The notes: generated from the letters alone by a model not told the origin. A stretch of DNA of 64,000 nt from Candidatus Lustribacter sp. (GCA_965277805.1 OZ255842.1:4672001-4736000); one strand, 5' to 3'. Shown: positions 1 to 9,239, numbered from the stretch's first letter. Made by a program: numbers and translations.

Positions 1-632
1 GGCGCGAGATACGGGCAATCGGTTTCCATGATCACCGGTGCCAGGCCGACCGTGCGCACGGCCTCGCGCAATCCCTCGGCGGTCTTAAACGTCAGCACGC
101 CGCCGATCCCGAGCAGCATGCCGAATTCCTCGACGAAAGTGGTCGCTTCCGATGCGTTGCCGCTGAAGCAGTGGATCACGCCGCGCATCGTGCTGCGATC
201 CCACTCGGCGCGTAAGATGGCGACGAAGTCGTTGAATGCTTCGCGCTGGTGGAACACCACCGGCAGCGCAGCGGCGCGGGCGTAGGCGATCTGGTCGCGC
301 AGAACGCGGCGCTGATCCTCGGCCGGGCTGTGGTTGTAGTGGTAATCGAGCCCGGTTTCCCCAATCGCCACGATCGGCGCGTTTGCTCCCGCGCGCAACG
401 CGTCGAACGCCGCGGCAATATCTTCCGGGGCATCCTTGGCCTCGTGGGGATGAATGCCGATGGTGGCGAGCAGGCCGTACGACTCGGCCGTACGGATCGC
501 GCGCTCGCTGTCCTCGAGGTCGGTCCCGATCGTTACGATCGTGTTAACCCCGGCCGCGTGCGCGCGCTCGATCGTGGCGGCACGATCTTCGTCATATTGG
601 TGATCATGGACGTGTGCATGGGTATCGATCAT
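1..632 (-). CDS. tatD: TatD family hydrolase/DNase (3' end runs off the window)
   Basis: Not in the ORF track. Reading the minus strand from ATG 632 gives MIDTHAHVHD (DTHxH motif), and the same frame gives METDCPYLA at the window edge. Typical rsmI-metG-tatD context. Confidence 0.92.
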   Translation of the reverse strand, partial: MIDTHAHVHDHQYDEDRAATIERAHAAGVNTIVTIGTDLEDSERAIRTAESYGLLATIGIHPHEAKDAPEDIAAAFDALRAGANAPIVAIGETGLDYHYNHSPAEDQRRVLRDQIAYARAAALPVVFHQREAFNDFVAILRAEWDRSTMRGVIHCFSGNASEATTFVEEFGMLLGIGGVLTFKTAEGLREAVRTVGLAPVIMETDCPYLA

Positions 633-638
633 TTTGTT

Positions 639-2048
639 ATGGATACGTTCCCTCCGAAGCGGGAGATTCCGTGGCCCCTCGCGGCGAACTCCGATTGGGC
701 CGTGAAATCGTTCCGCTCGATCGCCGAAGCGTTCCACCTCGGTAAGGCGCTGACCGGCGAGGCAACCCATCTCGACATCGAGCAACTGCGCGAAGAGATG
801 GAGGCGTGCATCGAAGCCCGCGGCGGCGACGTTGCCACTCGTGCACGCGCGACGGCGATCGGAGCGCGTTACGCCTCGCTCGCGCCGGCGGCCCGCCCGC
901 GCTTTTTCGAAGTCCTCTCGAGCTTCGATGTCGATCGGGCTGAAGTCGACGGCGCGATTGCCGCCGTTGCCGCTGCCGGCGACGATCGCGAACGCGGTGC
1001 GGCCGAGCGCCGCCTGCGCTCCGCCCTCGTACCGTCGCGCGTCCGTTTGCTCCGCGCGTTCAACAGTTTGCCGAGCGGCGTGAAGTTTCTGGTCGAGATG
1101 CGCGCCGATCTGCTCGACATCGTGAAGCTCGAACCCGCGCTGGCGCCGCTCGAAGCCGATCTCAAGGATCTGCTCGCATCGTGGTTCGACTTGGGGTTTC
1201 TCGAAATGCGGCGCATCTCGTGGGACGCGCCCGCTTCGCTGCTGGAGAAACTCGGGCGCTACGAAGCGGTGCACGAAGTGCGCGGCTGGTCCGACCTGAA
1301 AAACCGGCTCGACGTCGATCGCCGCTGCTTCGCGTTCTTGCATCCGGCGATGCCCGACGAACCACTCATCTTCGTCGAGGTCGCGCTCACGGCCGAGATG
1401 TCGAGCAACATGGCCTCGCTGCTCGATCAGCACGCACCCGTCACCGATCCGGCGCTCGCGACCAACGCGATCTTCTACTCGATCTCGAACTGCCAGCGCG
1501 GCCTCGACGGCATCAGTTTCGGCAACGCGCTGATCAAGCGCGTCGTGCAAGAGCTCACGCGCGAGTTTCGCCACATCCGGACGTTCGTGACGCTCTCGCC
1601 GATGCCGCGCTTTCGCGACTGGCTGGAGACGCAGGGCGCTCCGGGCGACACCGGCGACGTGCCGCTCAAGGCGATGTTCACCAACCGCGGCTGGGCACGC
1701 GACGCGGCTGCGGCGGCAAGTCTGAAGACGCCGCTACTGGAGTTGGCGGCGCACTACCTCATCGAAGCGAAACGCGGCAAGCGCGCCTTCGATCCGGTCG
1801 CGCATTTCCACCTTAGCAACGGCGCCCGTCTCGAACGGCTCAATTGGCTCGCCGACACGTCGGCGCGCGGCATGCGCGAATCCGCCGGCATGATGGCCAA
1901 CTATCTCTATCGCCTCGATCAAATCGACGACAACCAAACCGCCTACGCCGCCGACGGCCGCGTCGTCGCCAACCCCCACGTCATCGCACTGCTCGCCCCC
2001 CGCCGCATTCACGTCCCGTCCCCCAAACGCGAAGACACCGCAGTCTAA
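639..2048 (+). CDS. malonyl-CoA decarboxylase
   Basis: Motifs YEAVHE, DRRCFAFLHP.MP.EPLIFVEVAL, AIFYSISNCQ.GL.GISFGN.LIK, TLSP, DPVAHFHL.NGA. The ORF-track extension 249-638 overlaps tatD and is rejected. Start is ATG 639 or a later GTG. Confidence 0.93.
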   Translation: MDTFPPKREIPWPLAANSDWAVKSFRSIAEAFHLGKALTGEATHLDIEQLREEMEACIEARGGDVATRARATAIGARYASLAPAARPRFFEVLSSFDVDRAEVDGAIAAVAAAGDDRERGAAERRLRSALVPSRVRLLRAFNSLPSGVKFLVEMRADLLDIVKLEPALAPLEADLKDLLASWFDLGFLEMRRISWDAPASLLEKLGRYEAVHEVRGWSDLKNRLDVDRRCFAFLHPAMPDEPLIFVEVALTAEMSSNMASLLDQHAPVTDPALATNAIFYSISNCQRGLDGISFGNALIKRVVQELTREFRHIRTFVTLSPMPRFRDWLETQGAPGDTGDVPLKAMFTNRGWARDAAAAASLKTPLLELAAHYLIEAKRGKRAFDPVAHFHLSNGARLERLNWLADTSARGMRESAGMMANYLYRLDQIDDNQTAYAADGRVVANPHVIALLAPRRIHVPSPKREDTAV

Positions 2049-2055
2049 ACTCCGT

Positions 2056-2091
2056 CTGTCATCCCGAGCTTGTCGAGGGACCGCCACCAGA
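2056..2091. repeat. palindromic REP-like repeat, short type (CTGTCATCCCGAGCTTGTCGAGGGACCG...)
   Basis: 35/36 identical to the reverse complement of 7131-7166. Lies at a convergent gene junction. Confidence 0.85.
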
Positions 2092-2520
2092 TTCCATATA
2101 CACCTTGAACCGGTCTTCGCGCACGACGGTGAAGCCGAGGCGTTCGTAGAGCCGGCGGGCGGGATTGATGCGCGCGGTATCTAGGCGCAGTGCAAGATCG
2201 AGTTCGCGTGCCTCATCGAGCAACTGCTGCAGAAGGTGCGTTCCGATTCCACGACGATGGTGTTTCGGCGCGAGATAGATCGAATGTAGGTAGATGTCGT
2301 CGCTGCGTTGCACGGTGAGCCAGCCGCCGTCTTCGCCGTCGACGACGACGATCGAGGTGTTCGAGGCGTCGTACTGTTCCGCGAACTGCTCGCTTTCGAC
2401 ATCATCGCCGCGCCAGCCGAACAGCGCCTCGATGAGCCAGCGCTGCGTCTCGAAATACACGCGCTCGACAAACGCACGATCGCCGGCGAGCGCCGGTCGC
2501 AACGCGATCTGCGCGGGCAC
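2059..2520 (-). CDS. GNAT family N-acetyltransferase
   Basis: Acetyl-CoA motifs RRGIGT.LL and N.ARRLYERLGF. Abuts the metG stop. Confidence 0.88.
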   Translation of the reverse strand: MPAQIALRPALAGDRAFVERVYFETQRWLIEALFGWRGDDVESEQFAEQYDASNTSIVVVDGEDGGWLTVQRSDDIYLHSIYLAPKHHRRGIGTHLLQQLLDEARELDLALRLDTARINPARRLYERLGFTVVREDRFKVYMESGGGPSTSSG

Positions 2521-4041
2521 CTACGCCGCGGGTGGTTCGAGTCGCGGGAAGAGCGCATCGCCCGGTGCGGTCTGCGTCTCGGCGGCGAGTGCGCCCCAGA
2601 CGAGCTGCTCTTGCCACGGCACGTCGGGTCCGCCGGCGAGGCCGAGTTGCCGCCACATTTCGGTCGCCTTCGACGGCATAAACGGAAAGAGCAAGATCGC
2701 GGTAAAGCGCAAGCCTTCGCACAGATCGTAGAGCAGCGCGTCGAGTTCGACGCCCTTTTCATGTTTGTAGAGGTCCCACGGTTTGCGCTCGTCGATCTCA
2801 CGGTTGAGCGCCGTGATCAGCTCCCAGATCGTATCGAGTCCTTCGCGGAAGCGCAGCGCGAGCACGTGTTCGTGCACTTGCGCGCCGATGTCGGCGAAGC
2901 GTTCGCCGAGTTGCGATTCGCTCGCCGCCGGGACGAGGCCGTTGCGGTACTTCGTGAGCATCGCGAGCGAGCGCCGCAACAAGTTGCCGAGATCGTTGCC
3001 GAGATCGGAATTGTGCCGCTGGCGCAGCTTCTCGAACGAGATCGAGAAGTCGCTGCCGAAGGGCGCTTCGCGAAAGAGAAAATAGCGCACGGCGTCGGCG
3101 CCGAATTGATCGACCAGGTTGAACGGATCGACGACGTTGCCTTGGCTCTTCGACATCTTTTCGCCGTCGGTCAAGAGCCAACCGTGCGCGAAGACGCGCG
3201 CCGGCTCGGCGAGCCCGGCCGACCACAGCATCGCCGGCCAGATCAGCGTGTGAAAGCGCGCGATTTCCTTGCCGATTAGATGCACGCCCGGCCAGTAACG
3301 CTCCATCAGCACCGTGTCGGCCGGATAGCCGAGTGCGGTAATATAGTTGATGAGCGCGTCGAACCACACGTAGAGCACGCCGCCACCCGGCAGCGGGATG
3401 CCCCAATCGATCGTCGCGCGCGAGATCGAGAGATCTTCGAGTCCGCCCTCGAGTGTGCGCATCATCTCGTTATAGACCGCTTGCGGACGCAAAAATTCCG
3501 GCTTGGCCTTGAAGTGCGCGATCAGGCGATCGGTATAGGCCGAGAGTTTGAAGAACCAGTTCTTTTCCGAGAGCCACTGCACTTCGCGGCGGCATTCCGG
3601 ATTCGGACAGCGGCCGTCGATCAGCTTCGCTTCGGGCCAGAACGTCTCGTCGTTCGTGCAGTACCAGCCCTCATACGTGCCTTCGTACACGTCGCCGCTG
3701 GCGCGCATCTTTTCGAACATGGCGATGCACGCTTCACGATGGCGGGGTTCGGTCGTGCGGATGAAGTCCGAGAACTGGGCATCGAAGGTGGGCGCGAGCG
3801 CCTTCCACTGCGGTGCGAGTTCATCGACGTACTCCTGCGGCGTTTTGCCCGCGGCCTCGGCGGCTTGCGCGACCTTCTGCCCGTGTTCGTCGGTGCCGGT
3901 GAGCGAGCGCGCATCGCCGTCCCACGCCCGCGCGGTGCGCGCGAGAATGTCCGCCGCGATCGTCGTGTAGGCGTGGCCGATGTGCGGCGTGCCGCTGATA
4001 TAGTAGATCGGCGTGGTTACGTAAAAGGCGCGGTCGGTCAC
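2521..4041 (-). CDS. metG: methionine--tRNA ligase (short form, no C-terminal tRNA-binding domain)
   Basis: YVTTPIYY, HIGH, TGTDEHGQK, Zn knuckle, YVWFDALINY, KMSKS. Confidence 0.97.
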   Translation of the reverse strand: MTDRAFYVTTPIYYISGTPHIGHAYTTIAADILARTARAWDGDARSLTGTDEHGQKVAQAAEAAGKTPQEYVDELAPQWKALAPTFDAQFSDFIRTTEPRHREACIAMFEKMRASGDVYEGTYEGWYCTNDETFWPEAKLIDGRCPNPECRREVQWLSEKNWFFKLSAYTDRLIAHFKAKPEFLRPQAVYNEMMRTLEGGLEDLSISRATIDWGIPLPGGGVLYVWFDALINYITALGYPADTVLMERYWPGVHLIGKEIARFHTLIWPAMLWSAGLAEPARVFAHGWLLTDGEKMSKSQGNVVDPFNLVDQFGADAVRYFLFREAPFGSDFSISFEKLRQRHNSDLGNDLGNLLRRSLAMLTKYRNGLVPAASESQLGERFADIGAQVHEHVLALRFREGLDTIWELITALNREIDERKPWDLYKHEKGVELDALLYDLCEGLRFTAILLFPFMPSKATEMWRQLGLAGGPDVPWQEQLVWGALAAETQTAPGDALFPRLEPPAA

Positions 4042-4901
4042 GGTTCGTGCGTTCCCGCTCGGGTTGCGCCGGCACCTTCGCTACGGCGCGCACCGACCCG
4101 CGCATACAACGCCTTGCGTTCGCCCGCGCCGTTCGCCGCGAGCTGTTTGGCGATCGCCGCGGTCGAGGCGCCGGCTGCGAGCAACGTGTCGATCTGGTCA
4201 TCGAGGCTAGCGCTGTCCGGTGCGGCGCCGGCGGCCGCGACGCCCGCGTCGATCACGAACGCGACCTCGCCGCGCATCGGATCGGGCAATGCCGCCGCCA
4301 CTTGCGCGGGCGTGCCGGCGACCTGCTGCTCGTAGAGCTTGGTGAATTCGCGCACGAGAAAGGTGCGCACGTCGGGGGCGATCGCCGCCAAGTCGCCTAG
4401 GGCCGCCGCGATGCGATGCGGCGACTCGTACCAGACGCTGGGAATCCCGCGGGCCATCGCGGCGCGAAACGCAGCCTTGCGCGCGCCGGACGTGCGCGGG
4501 GGAAAGCCCTCGAACACGAATCGCCGGACGTCGAATCCGGACAGCACCGCGGCGCAGGCGAATGCCGTCGGTCCGGGCAGCACCTCGATTTGGATGCCCG
4601 CCGCGCGGGCGGCGGCGACGAGCGCGCTGCCCGGATCGCTGATGCCGGGCATGCCCGCGTCGGTCACCACGGCGACGTTGCCGGCGGCGGCGCGTTCGAG
4701 AATCGCGGCGGTCGACGTCGCCGCGTTGTGCTCGTGATAGGTCCAGATCTGAGCGCCCGCGATGCCGTGCGCGGACAGGAGCCTTCGCGCGACGCGGGTG
4801 TCCTCGGCCACGATCAGTTCGGCCTCACGCAACGCATCGAGCGCGCGCAGCGTGATGTCACGCAAATTGCCGAGCGGCGTCGGGACGAAGGTCAATCCCA
4901 T
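4038..4901 (-). CDS. rsmI: 16S rRNA (cytidine1402-2'-O)-methyltransferase
   Basis: TPLGNL.DITLRA, AEDTR, DAGMPGISDPG, YESPHR, REFTKLYE. Overlaps the metG start. Confidence 0.95.
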   Translation of the reverse strand: MGLTFVPTPLGNLRDITLRALDALREAELIVAEDTRVARRLLSAHGIAGAQIWTYHEHNAATSTAAILERAAAGNVAVVTDAGMPGISDPGSALVAAARAAGIQIEVLPGPTAFACAAVLSGFDVRRFVFEGFPPRTSGARKAAFRAAMARGIPSVWYESPHRIAAALGDLAAIAPDVRTFLVREFTKLYEQQVAGTPAQVAAALPDPMRGEVAFVIDAGVAAAGAAPDSASLDDQIDTLLAAGASTAAIAKQLAANGAGERKALYARVGARRSEGAGATRAGTHEP

Positions 4902-4938
4902 GAGGCCTAATTCGGCATCGCGATGCGAACACTTTGGT

Positions 4939-4968
4939 TTGACAAACGTCGCAAGCGCGTGTTAGGTT
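4939..4968 (+). promoter_or_regulatory. putative sigma70-type promoter (TTGACA-N18-TAGGTT with extended -10 TG)
   Basis: Perfect TTGACA at 4939-4944 and TGnTAGGTT at 4960-4968, in the divergent intergenic region. Confidence 0.5.
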
Positions 4969-5009
4969 TGGTGAGCGCGCTTCTTGCGCGCCGGAAAGGG
5001 GCAGCATTC

Positions 5010-5090
5010 GTGCAAAATATCGGTCAGCGAAATGATAATCGGTCGATGCGAGTCGACGATATTTTAACTTTGGAGGTTTGTTCTTCGTAA
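5010..5090 (+). CDS. putative 26-aa leader peptide (MQNIGQRNDNRSMRVDDILTLEVCSS)
   Basis: GTG 5010 has an SD-like GGAAAGGGG 8 nt upstream. TAA ends at 5090. Lies between the promoter and the terminator hairpin. Confidence 0.3.
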   Translation: MQNIGQRNDNRSMRVDDILTLEVCSS

Positions 5091-5120
5091 GTCGCTGCAC
5101 ACGTTGCGATGATCGGTTCG

Positions 5121-5145
5121 AACCTCCACATCTGGAGGTTTTTTT
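5121..5145 (+). terminator. intrinsic terminator-like hairpin in a 5' leader
   Basis: Perfect 8-bp stem AACCTCCA-catc-TGGAGGTT followed by a T-run, 5 nt before ATG 5151. Confidence 0.55.
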
Positions 5146-5150
5146 GTGTC

Positions 5151-5357
5151 ATGAACCCACATTTGCTCGCGGCCTTGGGCCGTGAGCGCCGCCGCGCCCT
5201 CGACGAAGATTTCGCTCGTGGCGATATCCTCGGCATCGGGTTGCGATCGCTCACGGGACGCGTACTGCGCGCGACGGGCGAGGGCTTGTTTCGTCTCGGC
5301 AGTGCGCTCGACGAACGGGTCCCCGAACCATCGCTGGTGGAAACACGTACGCGATGA
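5151..5357 (+). CDS. small hypothetical protein (68 aa)
   Basis: ATG 5151 with GGAGG upstream (inside the hairpin). ATGA overlap with the next gene. No recognised family. Confidence 0.6.
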   Translation: MNPHLLAALGRERRRALDEDFARGDILGIGLRSLTGRVLRATGEGLFRLGSALDERVPEPSLVETRTR

Positions 5358-5860
5358 CAACCATCGGTTTGGTCTCCGACACCCACTTTCCGCGCTTCGG
5401 GCGCGCGCTGCCGCGTGCGCTCGAAGACGGATTGCGGGCGGCGAAGGTCAGCCGCATTTTGCACATGGGCGATTTCACCGACCCGCTCGCGATCGGGCTT
5501 TTCGAAGCGATTGCACCGCTGGATGCGGTCGCCGGTAACAACGATCCGGAAGAAATCTGGAACCGGTACGGCCGCCAGAAAATCGTTACCGCCGACGGTG
5601 TGCGGATCGGGCTCGTTCACGGTGACGTGGGCCGCGGCAACGCGCACGACAACGCGATTCGCGCCTTCGCGCAGCAGCCGGTCGACGTGATCCTCTACGG
5701 GCATAGCCACCGCCCGGTGGTCGAAAAGCGCGGCGCTCAGCTCGTCGCCAATCCCGGCTCGCCGACCGATCGCCGGATGATGCCGACGTTTTCCTACGGC
5801 ATCCTCACGATCAGCGACGGCGTACCGGCAATAGCGCTGCACACCTACGCGGCGCGCTGA
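5354..5860 (+). CDS. metallophosphoesterase, YfcE/MJ0936 family
   Basis: SDTH, HMGD, AVAGNND, HG, GHSH, NPGS motifs. Confidence 0.92.
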   Translation: MTTIGLVSDTHFPRFGRALPRALEDGLRAAKVSRILHMGDFTDPLAIGLFEAIAPLDAVAGNNDPEEIWNRYGRQKIVTADGVRIGLVHGDVGRGNAHDNAIRAFAQQPVDVILYGHSHRPVVEKRGAQLVANPGSPTDRRMMPTFSYGILTISDGVPAIALHTYAAR

Positions 5861-5892
5861 GGTTTTCGCACGCCGGTGCCGAAGAAGCGCCG

Positions 5893-6525
5893 ATGCGTAA
5901 CTTGAGCGAGCTCGTCGCGCCGTCCAAGACGGCGATTCTCGTCGTCGACGTGCAAAATGATTTCTGCGAACCGGAAGGCGCCTCGGGGAAGGCCGGCCGG
6001 AACACCGATGCCGCCATGGCGATGATCCCGACGCTGCAGCGGTTTCTCACCGCCGCGCGCGAGCACGGCACGAACGTGATCTTCATTCAGACGATTCACG
6101 AACCGTCGACCGACTCCGACGCCTGGATCGGCCGGCGCTCGAATCCCGACGCCAAGAACTGCCTCAAGGGCACGTGGGGAGCGGAGTTCACCGGCATCGC
6201 GCCGCGCGAATCCGAACCGGTCGTGATCAAGCACCGTTACAGCGCGTTCGTGAATACGCGGCTCGAGTCGGTGTTGCGCACGCTGAAGATCGAGAACATC
6301 ATCGTGCTCGGCGTCGCGACCAACGTGTGCGTCGAGTCGACGGCCCGGCACGGGTTCATGCTCGATTACAACACGATTTTCGTCTCGGATTGTTCGGCCG
6401 GTTACGATCAAGCCGCGTGCGAGATGACGCTGCGCACGCACGCGATGCACTTCGGCCCGGTGGCGACGGCGCAAGAGATCATGGACACGTGGGCAGCGAC
6501 GCACTCCGTCGCGGCTGCGGTTTAG
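5893..6525 (+). CDS. isochorismatase-family cysteine hydrolase (RutB-like), paralog 1
   Basis: VVDVQNDF, KHRYSAF, GVATNVCVESTAR (Asp-Lys-Cys triad). Confidence 0.9.
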   Translation: MRNLSELVAPSKTAILVVDVQNDFCEPEGASGKAGRNTDAAMAMIPTLQRFLTAAREHGTNVIFIQTIHEPSTDSDAWIGRRSNPDAKNCLKGTWGAEFTGIAPRESEPVVIKHRYSAFVNTRLESVLRTLKIENIIVLGVATNVCVESTARHGFMLDYNTIFVSDCSAGYDQAACEMTLRTHAMHFGPVATAQEIMDTWAATHSVAAAV

Positions 6526-6535
6526 GAGCCGTTCG

Positions 6536-7171
6536 ATGAAACAACTTGCGGAACTCGTGATCCCGGCGAAGAGCGCCGTCCTCGTCGTGGACGTGCAGAA
6601 CGACTATTGCGAACCCGAAGGCGCGCTGGGCAAAGCCGGGTTGCCGACGGGCGCGGCGATGGCGATGATCCCGACGCTGCAGGCGTTTGTCACCGCGGCG
6701 CGCGCCGCGGGCACGCCCGTGATCTTCATTCAAACGAACCACACACCGGAGACCGATTCGGCCGCGTGGTCGTGGCGCAACGGCGGCATCAGCAGCGCCG
6801 TTTGCCGCAAGAACACCTGGGGTTCGGAATTCACCGGCGTCGCGCCGTTGCCGGACGAACCGGTCGTCGTCAAACACCGCTACAGCGCGTTCATCAACAC
6901 GCGGCTCGACTCGGTGCTGCGCACGCTCAAGATCGAGAACTTGATCATGACGGGCGTCTCCACCAACGTCTGCGTCGAGTCGACCGCGCGTCACGGCTAC
7001 ATGCTCGACTACCACATCGTGTTTCTGTCGGACTGCACGGCCGCATACTCGATCGAAGAACACGAAGGCGCGCTTTACAACATGCGCACCCACTTCGGTG
7101 TCGTCGCAACCTCAACCGACGTCACTGACGTCTGGTCGCGGTCCCTCGACAAGCTCGGGATGACAGTTTAG
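6536..7171 (+). CDS. isochorismatase-family cysteine hydrolase (RutB-like), paralog 2
   Basis: Same motifs as paralog 1, of which it is a clear tandem duplicate. Confidence 0.9.
   Translation: MKQLAELVIPAKSAVLVVDVQNDYCEPEGALGKAGLPTGAAMAMIPTLQAFVTAARAAGTPVIFIQTNHTPETDSAAWSWRNGGISSAVCRKNTWGSEFTGVAPLPDEPVVVKHRYSAFINTRLDSVLRTLKIENLIMTGVSTNVCVESTARHGYMLDYHIVFLSDCTAAYSIEEHEGALYNMRTHFGVVATSTDVTDVWSRSLDKLGMTV
7131..7166. repeat. palindromic REP-like repeat, short type (inverted copy of 2056-2091)
   Basis: CGGTCCCTCGACAAGCTCGGGATGACAG. Encodes most of the C-terminal RSLDKLGMTV of the hydrolase. Confidence 0.85.
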
Positions 7172-7174
7172 GGA

Positions 7175-9121
7175 CTAGGGTTTGCGGCGCTGCGCGCGGG
7201 CGCGGCGATCGCGCTTGCGGTGAGCGGTGCCGGTAGCCGGCGCGGCTCCGCCGTTCGGCGGACGATGCCCGTTGCCGTGATGGCCGTTGTTGTTCGGGCC
7301 CTTTGGGCGCGGCGGCGGCGGGCCGCCGATCTGCGTGTAACCGGAGAGGATTTCTTTCACACGTTCGTACGCGTTGCCGAGCGCGCCGGGGAGTGACTTG
7401 TTGCGGTCTATCACGCGGTCGGGAATGTCGTCGGTCGTGTAGAGGGTGAGGTATTCCTCGCCGTCGCGCTGCACGTCGATGCGCGGGGAGTCGAACTTGA
7501 CGGTCTTCGGGTTGACGTTGAGCATGCGCGTCGCGAACCGTTCGGCGTCTTCGTGGGGTGCGATGCGCCGGGCTTCGGTCACCCATTGATCCCACTGTTG
7601 CCCGAAGTTAGGAATCGGGCGGCCGGACTTGTCCCACGCGATCCGCTGCGGCGGGAGAATCATGCGCCAGTGATCGGGATCGAGCGGCGCCCAGGTCGGC
7701 TTGATTTCTTTCGGCGCCGCGAAGCCGTCGATCTCGAGCAGCGCGGTCTCGATCTCTTCCGCCGTGCGTACTTTCGCGGCACGTTTGGGATCGCGGCGTA
7801 ACAGCTCTTCGAACTTCTCGGCGACTTGCGCCGTCATTCGGCCTTGCGCGTCGATCTGCGGCGGCAAGCCATAGAGCGAGGGCAGCGTGACGAGTTGGTG
7901 GCGTTGCGCCTGATCGACGAAGTCGATGATCAAGGCGGCGGGCTTCACGCTCTTTTCGATCAGCTCGCGACGCATCAGCGCGGATTCGGTCGATGAGAGC
8001 TGGTTTGCGATGTCGTCGACCGGGCGCAGCGCGCGGCCCGTAATCTGCGTGTAGAGCGTCGTCGACTTCGTGGGCCGTGCGTTGAGGATCACCTGAACCG
8101 ACGGAACGTCGAAGCCTTCGAGATAGAGCCCACAGTTGGCGAGCACGTCGATATCGCCGTTGCGGAAGTCGCGCACGATCTTCTCGCGCTCGTCCTTGGG
8201 CGTCTCGCCGCTGGCCCATTCGGCTTTGACGCCGTTGGCCACGAATTCTTCAGCGATGTCGCGCGCATGTTCGACCGAGGCGGTGAACACCAGCGCCTTC
8301 ATGCCGGGGGTGTGCTGCTTGTAAGCGGCCACGATACGCGCGTTGCGGTCGACGGTGTTGACCGCCGCCGCTAACTGCCCGATCACGAAGTCTCCGCCGC
8401 GCGAGGCAATATCGTCCAAGTTCGTGGTCGTCGCGACGGCATACGATTTGACGGGCACGAGATAGCCCGCGTCGATCGCCTTGCGCGCATCCATCGAGTA
8501 GACGATTTTCTCGAAAACATCCACGAGCCGTACGCCGTCACCGCGGTTCGGCGTCGCGGTAAATCCGAGAACCATCGCTTCGGGTCGTTGCGCGAGGATC
8601 GCATCGACGATCGCGCGATACGACGGCGCCGCCGCGTGATGCGCTTCATCGATGATGAACAACGAGATGCGCCGGTGAAAGCGCTGAACGAACGCTTCGA
8701 GCCGTTTCTCCGAAAGCGTCTGCACGGTCGCAACGATAATGTTAGAATCGTCAGGAGCCTTGCGTTCGGCCTTCTCGACGCCGATCTTCAGACCCGGATT
8801 CTCGATCTGCATTTTCTCGACGGTCTGCTCGATCAACTCATCGCGATGCGCCACAACGAGCGTAACATCGCCCGGTCGCAACGACAACAACTTGGGCAGC
8901 GTGGCTAATACCACGGTCTTGCCGAGTCCCGTCGCCAGGGACACGATTTGGCTGCGAATACCGCGGGCGCGATGTTCGAGAATTGCTTGTTGCGCTTCGA
9001 CCTGATACGGACGAAGACGCGGCGCCGCCGGCGTTGGCCGGGCGCCATTTTGGTTCGTGCGACGCCGAGGCTGATTCCCTTCAGCAGCGATCGCTTCGAA
9101 TTGTTCCATCACGCCTATCAC
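7175..9121 (-). CDS. SF2 DEAD/DEAH-box helicase (ResIII/Irc3-like) with unknown C-terminal domain
   Basis: LRPYQ, ATGLGKT, IIDEAHH, GFTATP.R, EGFD.P, Q..GR.LR. The start could also be ATG 9109. Confidence 0.9.
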   Translation of the reverse strand: MIGVMEQFEAIAAEGNQPRRRTNQNGARPTPAAPRLRPYQVEAQQAILEHRARGIRSQIVSLATGLGKTVVLATLPKLLSLRPGDVTLVVAHRDELIEQTVEKMQIENPGLKIGVEKAERKAPDDSNIIVATVQTLSEKRLEAFVQRFHRRISLFIIDEAHHAAAPSYRAIVDAILAQRPEAMVLGFTATPNRGDGVRLVDVFEKIVYSMDARKAIDAGYLVPVKSYAVATTTNLDDIASRGGDFVIGQLAAAVNTVDRNARIVAAYKQHTPGMKALVFTASVEHARDIAEEFVANGVKAEWASGETPKDEREKIVRDFRNGDIDVLANCGLYLEGFDVPSVQVILNARPTKSTTLYTQITGRALRPVDDIANQLSSTESALMRRELIEKSVKPAALIIDFVDQAQRHQLVTLPSLYGLPPQIDAQGRMTAQVAEKFEELLRRDPKRAAKVRTAEEIETALLEIDGFAAPKEIKPTWAPLDPDHWRMILPPQRIAWDKSGRPIPNFGQQWDQWVTEARRIAPHEDAERFATRMLNVNPKTVKFDSPRIDVQRDGEEYLTLYTTDDIPDRVIDRNKSLPGALGNAYERVKEILSGYTQIGGPPPPRPKGPNNNGHHGNGHRPPNGGAAPATGTAHRKRDRRARAQRRKP

Positions 9122-9239
9122 GTACGGAGGCGCACCGCAGTTAGATGCGGTGCGAGTGAGTGGCCGGATCGAGACGCACCTGCGCCTACAAGAGCCGGAC
9201 TTGATTCCCTATTCCTAGACCCGCGTTGCGACTCCTCGG

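Noticed and set aside
249-638. 130-aa N-terminal extension of malonyl-CoA decarboxylase in the ORF track
   Set aside because: It is the antisense of tatD, which has clear motifs on the minus strand.
7175-9121. Type III restriction or anti-phage system
   Set aside because: No methyltransferase, nuclease motif or defence-island context.
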